Assembly: GCA_963693365.1 (NCBI GenBank)
Contig: CAVNZM010000011.1
Span: 5,289,921-5,353,920 of the forward strand
Origin: Amoebidium appalachense
Lineage: Eukaryota > Protista > Ichthyosporea
Direction of reading: 5' to 3'
Length of the DNA: 64,000 nt
The translations under genes were made by a program, and so were the position numbers. A model generated the notes under the pieces. It did no database searches. It saw only the letters and a program-made list of their open reading frames with translations, and was not told where the DNA came from. Each line of letters starts with the position of its first letter. Position 1 is the first letter of the stretch. Of this stretch, positions 49,310 through 62,465 are shown in pieces.

Positions 49310-49796
49310 GATTCGATGAGAGAGGCGAAGGTGCATATGAAGGAGATTAATGAAGGGACCCTAGAGATAAACTAAAAAGGGATCAATGACAATGAAGATT
49401 GGTAAGAGGTCAGCAGGGGGGGGGGGGGGGGGGGTAGCAGTAAAACGAGTGGCAGAAGGGAGTTTATACGATGTGCATTGATGGATGTGTTGTGTATGCT
49501 TGTGTGTATGCTTACTGAAATTTCTGATGTCTGTGAGCCTATCATGGTCTGTGAAGCTATTTGTTGCAGGTGAAACCCCCCTCCCCCCCCCCCTCCCCCC
49601 CAAAAAAAACACAAACACACGTGCACACACACACACACCTTCCCCCCTCCCTCCCCCCCCCCCCCCTCCCCCCCCCCCCCCGACCCACTTTTCCCAACCT
49701 TCCTCCCCACAGATTTCTTTCTTTCCTTTTTATTCATCTTCATTTTCATCCTCTTCTTTTTTCTTGGTGGGGGGGGGGAAGGGGGGAAGAGGAGAA

Positions 49797-49828
<32 letters not shown>

Positions 49829-49890
49829 GAGGCTTGGTGGGCATTATCTTTCTCGGAATATCCAATACACACTGACACGGTGCATCCCCA

Positions 49891-52800
49891 CTACTGCGCA
49901 CGCACTCTCAAGCACTCAGCAATCTCCTTGTTCTTAGACATTGCCTCCCACAGCCTCGCCTCGGGCACACTCACGGGTACAGGGTTTTTCCCAGCCAGCA
50001 AAAACCTCACCAGCGCAATGTCTGCACGCACACAGGCCCACAACAGAGCCCTCTTGTCCACCCCCTTGAAAGTTACGCACATCTTGCAGAGTCCCACCAC
50101 CCCATCTGCAAGCCCCGCCCGTGAAAGATCTCCCGCCGCCTGCCCCGCAACCTGCCCGTCAAGCGACTCCAGCGACGGAAAAGAAACCGCACGCGCAAAC
50201 GGCAAGCCGCCGTGTTTTTGCCGCTGCCCAATGCGAGCCCGAGCGCACACAGAGCGTCGATGCTAAAAGGCCGTTGCTTGGCGGGTCCGGATGAGGCCAA
50301 TGTGCGTTCCAGAACAGAGATGCTGTGCTTGGTTGCTGTCAAAACGGCGCTAACCAAGGTACTCTCCGCTGTGACGCGCTCACGCCGACAGAACTCACCC
50401 AACAGGCACAGTGGGTTGTTTCTGGGCACACCCATCCATTGACCATACGGTTCCCCCTCGCAATGCATCAAGGACATGACCACGTCTCGCCGCCATGTGC
50501 CAAGCGCACATTCAAGCGCAACATCACGGTCGATGGTAGGGGGTAAGGAGAGGATCATACGCAGAAACGCCCGTGCCTCTTCCTTGGTGTGTTTCTGGAG
50601 CGTAGGGGCAGCAGTGCGGATGGCGGATGGCAATGTTGCAATGGCATCAGGATGATGCTGTAAAACATGGCGACGCAGGCGGGTCCATGTGGCTTTGTGC
50701 GCAAGGGCGAGGGCAGAACCCACTTGGTCGGCACGTAGAAGGCTTCCCGTGGCCCCTTCCAGCAGCATGCAGTTTAGCACCACAATGCTTCTTGACGGGC
50801 CCCTGTCAAACGACCGCACACGGGAAAAAGCGTCAAGCACCATGCCGAGCGCGATGCTGCAAGCAACATCGTCCAGAAGCGTTACCCATGGGGACGAAAA
50901 GTGGAAGCATCTGCCACGGAACATGTGCAGGACACTGGGTGAGTGCTCACACTAGTACGCGCCCAACCGTGCGCCCAGCATCCCCTGCTTGGCTAATGAC
51001 GCGAGCTGGCTGCAACAAATCTGCAATGGCTGTTGTGGGCTTGGTAGCAATCTCGGGGCCAAAGAGAAGCAGAACGTCATCTACGGGGATGCGTGACCAA
51101 TATTCCTTGATGAAGGAGTCCAATGCAGTAGGCCGAGCCTCACCCAACAACTCTGTCCAACGCTGCACCAACTTAGCCCCGACCGCATCAAGGCTGTTGC
51201 AATGGCAACATATAACGCATGTTGGGAAACGGCGAACTGATCGGTTATAAGGATGGTGGCCAGGCGCCAACTTAGGTTTTCGATGGCTGCGGAAAAAACA
51301 GGATCTACACCGTGCTGTTTGCACAACGCCTTTGCTGCCTTGCCGATGGATGTTGCAGAACGAAGATTTGCCGTGGCCCTGACACCATTCAAAAGCACCT
51401 CTTGACGCTTAGCGAACTCGTCTACGATAATACTCCACTTGGCTGTCTGGTTAGGTTGCATTGAAGAGACCACAGGGTGACTCCACACGGCCTGCGCACT
51501 TTGCACATTTTGTTTGTTTAGGGCGGCAAGGGTGGGGTGTACAAGCGCTGGATGTCCAAGCAAAAGCATAACACCCTCATGGTTTGCGCATGCCAGGTCA
51601 TCAATGCACAGTTCCTCAAGTACCTGCCGAAGGCCTAAGTGAAAGAAGGCAGCCGGAACACCCGTGAAGTTCAAACATTGGCGCAGCACATCGGTGGAGC
51701 CGTGAATAAGCGCCAGCGAGGCAACTTGCATCAAGCGCTTCTTGATAACGGCAAAGTTCTTGGTGCCTGGAACCACACATCGTTGAGCATGTGCTCGAGC
51801 ACAGCCAGAAAAACCGGTAGCGTGTTAGTCTCGCCAGCGCACTGCAGAATCGACAACAGCCAGCTCGATGGGACACTGAATTTTAGAATGTGCTGTAGCG
51901 AAAACTGGGCACACTCGTGCAGCCCCGTTTGCATAGCCAACACAGTGCACCAAAACAACTCGCGCAAAGAATCCTCTGTGTCGTCGGGGTTGTCAAGAAG
52001 CTTGGCAACGGCTCATTCTGTGCTTTTGGACAGATGTTCCTGAACGTAACGTTTGATGAAGGGTAGGGAGGCCGCAACAAAACCACAGCCAAACTGATCT
52101 GGGTTGCGCTGCAAAAATAAGTTGTAAATCTCGTTTGGTTCGTCCTGAGGGCCACCACAACCATTGGTCACAATCTTTCCAAAAACTCCGTGCGGGACCA
52201 AGGGTGTAAGGAGAGAAAGTGCCGTCTTCGGGTCTGCCGCAGTAGCAAACATGAGACCATCGGTAGGGGTTGGAAGCTGCTGCCTTAGAAACGACCACTT
52301 TCCAGCGTCCCTGCTTGTAAATAAAACATGTGTAACAGTTCCTTGCCGTTAACATGAGCACCGGGCCGGCCGTATGCTCCAGCGAGAAAAGGAAGACGGA
52401 TTCTGGGCTCCTTGTTTAGCTGTGGGCAACGAAGAATGGGATACCCCCGGTGGGCAGCCAAGGGTGATTCGCCGTTCTCCCGTGCCACCATAAGCCGTTC
52501 TGCGATGTTTTCGACGCCAAGCGAAACATCTGGGTTTTCCTTTGCGAGTGCTGCCCGTGACAGAATAGCCTCACAGGCCGTTTGGTCACACAATCTCGCT
52601 GCTGTTGCAGCCACCAAGAATTCAGTATGGGTCAGGGCTGCTTGGTGGGAAACTAGGAAAACAGAGACGATGCTTTCATATCCTCGTGATGCAGCCACAG
52701 TCAAAAGTGCCCCAAAGTCGTTTCTCGCGGTAATGTTCTTGTTTGCGGGGTCGGCAACCCTTGCAAAAGCCGCTGTTACCATGTCATGCGGCATGCGTGG

Positions 52801-52986
52801 GTAGCGATTCAGCCAAACGAGTAGGTTTATGGAAAGTGCCTGAGTTCTTGCCGTCTTTGCAGAGTGGAATAGGTTGGAGCAGGAGCGGCTCGCATTCTGG
52901 AGGTCTTCAACATCGTTGAGATAAGAAAAGATGTGGACGACTATGTCCGTGGGGAGGTTGGAAAGGTTAATGCAGCTGGCTGTCAT
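49891..52986 (-). pseudogene. Intronless ~1000-codon F-box protein with ankyrin-like/helical repeats, disrupted by frameshifts and in-frame TGA codons
   Basis: N-terminal F-box (LSNLPTDIVVHIFSYLNDVEDLQNASRSCSNLF) and ankyrin-like segments (LLTVAASRGYESIVSVFL; ALLWACVRADIALVRFLL). Coding-like sequence continues across overlapping ORFs with about 5 frame changes and TGA codons at 52013 and 50947. Confidence 0.72.
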
Positions 52987-53926
52987 CTTAGTGCTTTAAC
53001 TCCTTAAACCGGTGGTAACAGCGCTAGTATTAAGCAGGATTATGTACGCCCGTAGATGAGACGTGTGAGGGCCCAAAAAAACGTTAACTCTAATAATCTC
53101 ATACGGAACCGATCACAAAATTCTCACACTTTCCTCTTTCGTCATCCTGGGGATGGCGATCCGGGCCATACTTTTTCAACGCCACGGTTCGAGCCAGATC
53201 TATTAATACTTTAAAAAGTGGGTTTTGGAAAACAACAGGACAGTACCGTGGTATCATATCAAGTATAATACATCAACTGGGTTCTTATAATATGTAGTAG
53301 TATTAGTTGCGAAGTTTTTTATATGGTATTTCAAGTTTATACTGATAAAAACCATGAATTCAGTTCCCTTCCAAATATTCAACAGTTCGAGTCGAAAACT
53401 GTCCCGATGGCCCGTTTGTAAGGAGGTTACGTAATCATTCCGTCGCCGTGATCAGGCGCCTGGCCGGCGCGGGCCGTGCACCGCCACCACCCCACGCATG
53501 TAAGGGAGGTAAGGGTGTAGTGCACTGTACACGTGTGCACGCACGAGTACATACCACTCATACACGCACACACGCACACCGGTGCCGTGGCACACAAACA
53601 CACACACACACGCACTCGCACCCACACACGCGCGCGCGCCATGCATGCACTGCGGAGCACCCATGCACATTCAACATGTCACTCAGTTGCACACACCCAC
53701 CCACCCACCCACACACACACACACACACACGTGCGCGCGCGCGCGCACACACACACACGCACATGTGCACGCGTACACACACGCCTACACGGCACACACC
53801 CCACAGACACGCGCGCGTACACACGCACACACACACACGGAAACGCGCACACTTGCGCACGCGCACACGCACACATGCTTCCCCTCCCCTTCCCCCCCCT
53901 CCCCCTCCTCCCGCCAGCCGGAACCA

Positions 53927-53962
<36 letters not shown>

Positions 53963-54540
53963 CCCTCCCCGCCACCCCCTCTCCCCCCCTCTCTACCCCC
54001 TCCTCTCTCCTTTGTGGGGTGCGGAGAGGAGGAGAGGCCGGGGGGCAGGAGGGAGAGGGGGCCGGGGGGAGGGGAGGGAAGGGGTTAATAATATGTTCTG
54101 TCCTATCAAAGCAACTCTTTTCCTCTTTTGGGATTTTCAGCTGCGCAGTTAATCAAAGACTTTGAAAGTCTAGAAATGTGCACACAACGGTTAACAGAAG
54201 ACGCAGTTGGTGGTGGACCAGGTGGTGGTTGTGCTCAAGCTTAACTAGTTCGTTGTGTGCATGTGTGTATCACGGCGTACCTGCTACCTGGAGGCGTGTG
54301 TGTGGGCGGGTGCACGTGTGTGTGTATGACACGGTGGTGTGTGTGTGATGTGTGGGCGCGCGCGTGTACACGTGTGTGTGTATGCCACGGTGGTGTGTGT
54401 GGTGTGCGTGTGTGTGCTCGCGTGCACGTGTGTGTATATCACGGTGGTGTGTGTGTGTGTACGTGTGCGTGTGTGTGTGTGTGCGCGCGCGTGCGTGCGT
54501 GTGTGTGAATCGTGTGTGGCGTCTAAGAAGTGCGTGCATC

Positions 54541-54573
<33 letters not shown>

Positions 54574-54590
54574 GTGGGTGCGTGGGTGCA

Positions 54591-54622
<32 letters not shown>

Positions 54623-54734
54623 TGTGTGTGTGTGCACACGTGTGTGTGCGTGTTCGTGTGTGTGTGTGTGTGTGTGTCATAGAGTAGCTGAACTTCCATT
54701 AGAACCATAGCCAGGGTACAGTCGGAAATTTACG

Positions 54735-54766
<32 letters not shown>

Positions 54767-55422
54767 ATGGGCGCGCGGGCACGTGTGTGGGCCTGTGCAC
54801 GTGTGCCGCGCTTCCGTTTGTGTGTGTGTGTGTTAATGATCGTGTGGTGGTAAGATGGTGGATTTTGTGGTAAGATGGTGGGTTTTTCTTTTCAAATTCA
54901 GCTTTTTTTTGTACATTTGTTCTTCTGGTCGGAGGCGGGCCGGGGCAGGGTGGGGTTTGGGGTGGGGCCCGGGGTGGTGGGGGAGGGGGGGGGGAGGGGG
55001 GGGGGGGGGATAGGGGGGCATTGGGGGGGGGGGGGGGGGGGGGTTCGGAGTGTGTTGGTGGAGTAGGGGGGAGAGGAAGGGGGGAGGGGGGGGGGGGGGG
55101 GGGGAGGGAGGGAGGGGGAGGGGGGAGGGGGGGTATGAGTGGCCCATGATTCTATTTGGAGAGTGTGCAAGCGCGGCCATGTGCACTTTAACTCTTTCGT
55201 TTCTGTGGAACTGGGCCGGGGGCACGCGGACGATGATCCAACGATTGCTACAAAAACCTGACCGTGTGATGTTATCATGTGGTGGTGTAATTGAAACCCC
55301 GGGCTGAGTGTGCGTGTAGCCTAGAGTGCCTGTTCTTTGTGGTGCTATTTCCACCACCAAAAATAGTGAATTGGTCCCCACACACTTTCAGTATTACGTT
55401 TGAATGAAAGTTTTTATTATTT

Positions 55423-55788
55423 AACTGTATTCGGTAGCTGGTTGTTTCCAGTAGGTGATTTTCTGAAGCACATTCGATCATTTAGATCTTTAATTCAGTC
55501 AATGGCAACATCTTTCAAAATTAGGCTGCTGAACTTTACACAAAGTTTTGTGTAAAGACAGCAATGCTAATATGACAGCATTCAATTAGGAACACAAGCT
55601 TACGTGAACTGTATTCGGTAGCTGGTTGTTTCCAGTAGGTGATTTTCTGAAGCACATTCGATCATTTAGATATTTAATTCAGTTTGGCAACATCTTTCAA
55701 AATTAGGCTGCTGAACTTTACACAAAGTTTTGTGTAAAGACAGCAATGCTAATATGACAGCATTCAATTAGGAACACAAGCTTACGTG
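55423..55788. repeat. Near-perfect ~183-bp tandem duplication containing an 11-bp inverted repeat
   Basis: Units start at 55423 and 55607; each contains ctttacacaaa-gt-tttgtgtaaag. Confidence 0.9.
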
Positions 55789-56078
55789 CCTTAACAAACC
55801 GGGTGTGCTTTATTCAAATCTGAGGCTATTGAATATGTAATTACAGTAAAAAAGATGTGCCAGTATCAAGCCTTGTACAGATAAAATGAACAAAATTTAA
55901 GACTATTTGTCTAACCGCTGCATGTGGGCATTCGACAAGCTACTGATTCTATAGAGTCGTGTACTTTGACAATGCCATTTCATAGCTAATATCATGTTGG
56001 CTTCTAGCATTGCAGGTTAAGATTATAATCGGCATGAAATCACAATCATTCCGTCGGTTGACTAAATGAAAATTACAA

Positions 56079-57254
56079 TTACCAGAGATAAGGTCGGTAC
56101 CGTATTTGGTTATCATTAGCGGAGGCCCGAACAACGTGCCTGAGAGGGACATGCACGGGCCGCAAATTCTGTTCCGCATATGTGCTATTTCCAAATTCAA
56201 TATCGGAGAACCTGCGTATTGCAAATGACATTGCGAGATCATCTCTGCAATCGGAGCTTGCTAATTGTGCCGTCTTTACGTCGCAGGACCAAAACTCATG
56301 GATGGGGAATATGTCGTGGTGGTGCTCATTCTCCGGGAAAACTGACGGTCCACGACACACTGTCAGGCCGATTTTCAACAGAATTTCTGTTTCGGCGGTG
56401 ATGTCGAGGTCGCCACAAGATGTGGTGTCGATATCGTTGGGAATAACGGGTACTGCGGGCGGGGTGGTTGGGGGAGTCACAGTGGTGTACGGCTGCGAGG
56501 AAAACCTGTTGCATTCGTTTGCAACCTCTCTCAGATCGTTGAAAATGGAGCTGTATAGCGGCGAGCTTGGTACTGGTGTTGGTTGGGCGTCCAATGAAAA
56601 GAGAGACTGGCACATTCCTTCCCCGATGCCGTATGCTTGGGGGTGAATGTATAGGTCATACCTGAGCACCCTAAGAAGCTCACTCTCCAATCCGACGAGG
56701 TACGATACGTCGACGTCATGTCCTGCCCATCGTGCCCAGTCCTTCATGTCACCGGGTTGGTCGTCTTCGATGTATTTCGTCGCCAGAATAAGGCATCCCA
56801 AAAACACACAATGCCTGCACGGCGCATCCATTCTGATCTCATTCACTTCCGAGCAAGCGTGATTGCCTCCCTTGCATTTCGTTTGGTACTGGCATCTGTT
56901 ATCGGCGCAGTGTGACCGCCCAGGTGTGAAGATGTGGGCTTTCTCGTCGTGACATGTACATTGTGTGTTTTGACTCGGTAACCCCCGGTTCCTGAGGCCG
57001 AGATTTTCGCTCACACGAGAGATATAGATCACGGCGACTGTGACTGTGGAAGGCGGGACGTTGCTCATTGAGAGAAGGCGAAGCACAAACATAGCGAGGT
57101 TTTCGCTCTCAAAATCACACCTGTATGCACTTTCGGCTGTCACAGTGGTTGGGGGGCAACTCTGCAGGTCTCGTTTTATATCGCCTTCGGGTGTGCAGCA
57201 TGACATTGTGGCACCCTGCTGAGGCAGGTGGCTGTATGTGTGAGCGGGTGCCAT
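56079..57254 (-). CDS. Pcl/Pho80-like cyclin (single N-terminal cyclin box), intronless
   Basis: 391-aa ORF: LAMFVLRLLSMSNVPPSTVTVAVIYISRV...VFLGCLILATKYIEDD...KDWARWAG...LVGLESELLRVLRYDLYI, followed by a Ser/Thr/Pro-rich tail. Confidence 0.85.
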   Translation of the reverse strand: MAPAHTYSHLPQQGATMSCCTPEGDIKRDLQSCPPTTVTAESAYRCDFESENLAMFVLRLLSMSNVPPSTVTVAVIYISRVSENLGLRNRGLPSQNTQCTCHDEKAHIFTPGRSHCADNRCQYQTKCKGGNHACSEVNEIRMDAPCRHCVFLGCLILATKYIEDDQPGDMKDWARWAGHDVDVSYLVGLESELLRVLRYDLYIHPQAYGIGEGMCQSLFSLDAQPTPVPSSPLYSSIFNDLREVANECNRFSSQPYTTVTPPTTPPAVPVIPNDIDTTSCGDLDITAETEILLKIGLTVCRGPSVFPENEHHHDIFPIHEFWSCDVKTAQLASSDCRDDLAMSFAIRRFSDIEFGNSTYAEQNLRPVHVPLRHVVRASANDNQIRYRPYLW

Positions 57255-58796
57255 GATGAATGTCGTGTTTGGTCAAAGGGTGGGCATGTGTGTTGGTATG
57301 AATATTACAAATGTGTACCCTGGACCAGCAGTGAGTGCATGCCACTGTATGATATGAAGTGTTTACAATTTGGTGCAAGGCTCACTTTCACCTATTTTAA
57401 AACGACGGCCATATGATATTTCAAATATGACGTTTAATAAAATAGTAGAGGTCACTGTAGTATGATTGCTCAAAGCAGTGGTGTTTTGATACTGAATGTT
57501 GTGACCTGGGTCAAAAGCCTATTGCATATGTATTTGCATTATGTCGTGTGTCTGTGGTAATAATGTGTGCAGCCATACAAAAGTTGTAACTCCTCTTAGC
57601 TGCCGTGCACATTTACTCGGTGTGCCGGGGCTTTAGATGTTGACAGTCGTCGGAGACGTCAGCCACCACTTGCAGGCAAACAACGAAGAATTGGGGTCAG
57701 ATTCAGTTCTTGATGATCCGAACGGCTTGATTATATTTATCTGTGTATGATGTGTGCTATATATGTGTAGAGTGATGCCATATGGTGCCACACCAAAGCT
57801 GCATTAGAAACCAAACAGATCCCCTTTGAACGCTAAAGGTGCAATTAACGTATGGCCCGAGTCTTTTTAGTTTCAACGTGTGGGAGCCTAGAGCCATCAT
57901 TGAACTTCCGTGGTTACTGAGCTTGGTTACTGACAGTGTCCATCCACCATATAAATGATGTCTGGGGGGCAACGCATCCGATCCTTCTCCCTTCTATTGT
58001 AGGTTGTACCACAGGCAGATCTACATTGCGCCATGCTGAGTGGTGCACCGCACGCGCTGTTATGGTGCACGTGACTCAGACATGCCATATGGCGAGAGCC
58101 GGACACGGGTCGGCCCTGTACGTGCGTGCATCCTCAGATCCGATGCATGTGTGTACCTAAAGCAGATTTTGTATGCGACTTGATTATATGTGGCACCATG
58201 GGAACTTGTATACTGCTCTTTTTCATTCAGCTCCTATAAAGTCTATTTATTGAACATGCATGTATCAATATTGCAATTTACTGCTGATCGGCGATCAATG
58301 TAAGTTCACTTGGCATGAAAGTGGTGATTCACTGGTGACACCCGGAGTCGGCGACTCACGAGTGGTGATTTTCCGAGCCTAAATTTTCCAAAACTTTCTA
58401 AAGATTCGAGGTGCCAGGCCATGATCTGATTGGCCATACCATTCAATCGGATGTCGTTTGAGCTAAAGCAGACTTGAAGGGCGTACCAACTGCCAACTGG
58501 GTGTGGCCCGGCCTCCGGCCAGTCGGGGGCTCACAGGTGATGTCGACTCTCAGTTACTATATGTCATTCCTGCAAAAAGGGAAATATATATAAACAAAAA
58601 ACACGCTCAATGAAAAAACTTATGATACAATACTATTACAGTGATTCGTGAGATATGTGATGAGAGTAGGAGCTCGCGAGTCAGTTGGATGTCACATCTT
58701 GACACCACCTATGTAATGGAATGTTATGTTGCTACTCCTGCACAATGGTGATTGGACTTCGGCACTGTTCGCCCATTGGCTGTTGAATTCTGCAGC

Positions 58797-59028
58797 CAGC
58801 CGGGCTGTGAAATTATGTAGGGGGTTTAGGGCCAGAAAATTGCCCCTGAAAGTCCGAAAATTGTCCCTAACTTTTTCAGGCTAGGTCTATAAATTTTCCA
58901 ATATTGGCCCTAACAGGGCCAAATATATAAGAAAATACACCTAAAAACGGTTGTTGGTTCTATTAGGGCCATCGAGACTGGTGGAAAGGTACCACATGGC
59001 ACCAGCCCAAAACACATTTCACACCCTG
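58797..59028. mobile_element. 232-bp hAT-like MITE with 8-bp target-site duplication
   Basis: TCTGCAGC at 58789-58796 and 59029-59036; imperfect TIRs cagccgggctgtgaaat and atttcacaccctg. Confidence 0.7.
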
Positions 59029-59175
59029 TCTGCAGCAGCAGCGGATCTGATTCATGTATGTAGCCAAACTGAACATGATATTTTGAGCTCAGATGTCAGA
59101 CAAACTATAGTCACTTTGAGTGCTGTGTCCCTGCGGCCCGGCTCAACATACCTTGTATGTCGCCGTCCCGCGGCG

Positions 59176-59903
59176 TAGTATGGTGCCCCAAGCCTACCGG
59201 CCTCCAAGAAATAAAAAATAATAAAAAAATACTTCCCACCGGCCGATTTCAATTTTTTTTGGATGGATCGAACGCCCTTGACGAGACCTGTCGAATGGGG
59301 GTGTTTCTAGATGGCCGTGGTCTAACTCAAAACCGCCAATCTGACCCCCCTCCGGCCCGACCCGGCCCGACCAGGTACGTCATCAAGCCGGCCCGACCCG
59401 GCACGAATCGGTCGGCCCGGATCGATTCGGGTCACGCTCCGGGCTGCCCGTGGCCTGGGGGTGCTTGCAAAGCTCTGTAGTTGGACGTGTATGCACACAC
59501 GTGCACCTTGCCCACCACGTTTATTAGGTTACAGATATAGCTATGGAGCCATACACCCTGTGTGGCCTCGTCCTTAAATGCACAAATGCTTACATGTGAC
59601 ATGCGGGTTTGCCAAGTTACAGAATGCGACCTTTTTGCATGAAAATTTTGAACTTCAAGGTTTTCCACTTCTTCCCCATAGAGCCCGGGCTGCCCTTGGG
59701 TTTTTTGGACTCAGCAATGACACTGTCATACTGGGACTTGGTTACTTGCGAATAAACAGTAAAGGTCTTGTCGCTCCACAGAGACGTTATGTCGCCAGAA
59801 TCTATACTCACACACGCACACAAGTAGAGAGATCTAGAAGAGGGACACGGAGAGATGTCATCAGTGGTGTGTCTGCCAATGTGTGTGTGTGATGTATGGG
59901 GCC

Positions 59904-59956
<53 letters not shown>

Positions 59957-60593
59957 GGGGGGGGGGGGGGTATGCATCATATAAGGCTCTAGTACATATG
60001 TGGGACTGAATAAAGTGACTTTTCAGGCTGTTGCATAATGCTGTGTGAAGAGATACCGAGTTCCCCAAGGCGCAGGGGGCATAACGTGTCATTACATGCG
60101 TGACATCCCTCATCGGGGGTTGTCATAACCTCCCAGGGGATTATCGGGATATATTTGGATAGTCAATGGATATTTTCGGTTGTAATTTGACCCTCTGGGG
60201 GGTTCTAAATGTGTCAGCCATTTGCGAACCGAATTTTCAAAATTTTTAGATTCTGAAAAAGTTTCAAGGATAAATCGATAGCGCTAAGCACGTAGAACAC
60301 CTTATTTTCTTTCTAGCACCCCTCCTTCATTGTTTTCTGGAAAACCGCCAATTTGGGGTCAAATAGTAAAACTTAAATTTTCAAACGAAAATTTCAAAAG
60401 GTTCCCGCGGTGGCGCTGGGCAAGTGTCCGGGTGCATTTGAAGTAGACATCAAGACGGACATTTTGACGTGTCTATTTCCTTTTTATCTCAATTCTATGG
60501 GGAGCAACATGCTCTCAGATCGGGACGATCGGGGCGATCGGGACGATTTTGGGGTCTGAAATTGGAGGGTTTTAGACTTGAGGCACCATAGTG
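59176..60593. mobile_element. Non-autonomous TIR DNA transposon with a CACTATG terminus (Transib/CACTA-like)
   Basis: The left end tagtatggtgccccaagccta matches the reverse complement of the right end, cactatggtgcctcaagtcta (17/21). No TSD is visible. Confidence 0.5.
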
Positions 60594-60748
60594 CTCAGCC
60601 ACTTACGTAAGCCAGTGGGATGGCATAGCCTTGGAGACTAATGTCAGACGCACTGTGATGGTGTATGCTGAGGTGGCACACACGTACGCGTGTGCAAAGA
60701 GGCTCCCGAGTACAACACCATGCAAAGTACAGTCCCATCGTTTCTCTT

Positions 60749-60827
<79 letters not shown>

Positions 60828-62284
60828 CGAGCTTTACCCTCAACGGTTTACCGTCTTTGCTGAGCTCGAGAACATGCACAAACAATCTTGCCAAAAGTGC
60901 CACATCATAATCATCAAAGATGACCATTCGAAGCCATATGGATGTGTGGCTCCGGAGTCTTCCGGAAGTTCCGGTTCGAAAAGAAGGTACATCAGCAATG
61001 AACGTACACATTCCGATGATATATATGGTGATGTGTCACGCGTGCGCACTCAGTGTCATGCCAAATGGCAGCACATAGGCTACCACCAGTTCGGGCATTT
61101 GAAGTCGTTATGTGTTCTATTACCCACCACCCCCCGGCCCGCGACCGTCCTGAGTCACTTCGGAAGCTCATATGATGATGCCGCTGAATTTCAAATTGAT
61201 GGAGTGAGTTCACGACGTTTTGTGCGGAGCACAAAGAATAGTAGAAAAGAAAATACCGTGTTACACATACGAAAATGACTAGCTATAATTTCCGGCTGTC
61301 CGGCCCGATTTTTTAAGGTGCCTGTGCCCTTAATTTATCTTGTGTATTCTGAATCAACTTACTGCCATGGCTGAACCTCACAAAATCAGCCTGTCAGAGA
61401 GCACATAAGGCATGATTAATAACGTTCAAATTTGGACTTTTGGAGTCACTAGCTATAGCCTGTACATGTGTGAACATAACATGCATTACAACCTGTGGCT
61501 ACATATATGGTATCACATGTTGCCCTTTCAACTTTTATGTCGCCCTTTCAAAAAAAAAAAATCCCGGAGGAGATAGCAACATAAGGGGGAATCAAACAGA
61601 CAGCTCTACTACAGAGATACATAAGTCAGTCTTAAAAATATTCACTGCAGGAGCTCGCGTCGACCAGAGCCGACCTGCAAGCAAGATATTCGCCGCTCTG
61701 TGGACTATAAGTTACCCAAGCTTGCAAAAGTGATGAGTGAGTACATGATATGACTGAGACATCGTGACTCAACGAGTCAATGTGTCGGACGTGCGTTTGG
61801 CACTCTGGATTATTATGTGCCTTTGTGTGATAAGCCATGTGCCTTACCGTGGCCCTGCTTCGATACATAATATCATAGGACGGTACTGCGGTGCCTTATG
61901 TATGCATATTATGATCATGATACTCGGTCCGAGTCATGCCAGAGCTTGATATATAGTCATAGTAATAATAGGCAGTGACTGTACATGTCACAGTACCTTT
62001 GATATTCATTTAATTAAAATAGTGTGGAGTTGTGTGATATTGGCAAATGTAAGCACCAGGTGCATAAAAATATTGCTGAATGAAGATACTGCCAAGAGGA
62101 TCCCCCTCGCTGCCCTGTCACGCGGCCGCGCGGCCGCGGCCATGGCCGGGGAGTGGTATTATTATTAGTTCACGTGACTTCTTCTGCACGCATGGCCGGG
62201 TCACCGTGAGTGTGACGTGCGGTGGTGACTCACAACTAGTGGTGGTGGTGCTGGTGGTGGTGGTGATGGTGGTTTGGGTCGAGG

Positions 62285-62315
<31 letters not shown>

Positions 62316-62431
62316 AGGGGGGAGGGGGGGGGGGGGGGGACTTCCAGGCTCTGAGCCTGAGGGGGCATGGGGGATGGTACTCTCCGCCGGCGCCAGTGGT
62401 CAGCCTACTGTACTTCAACTGCCTGGGAGCC

Positions 62432-62465
<34 letters not shown>

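Noticed and set aside
50947-52015. TGA recoding (Sec/Trp) in the F-box gene
   Set aside because: The TGA codons co-occur with several frameshifts and intact genes use TGG for Trp; pseudogenisation is the simpler explanation.
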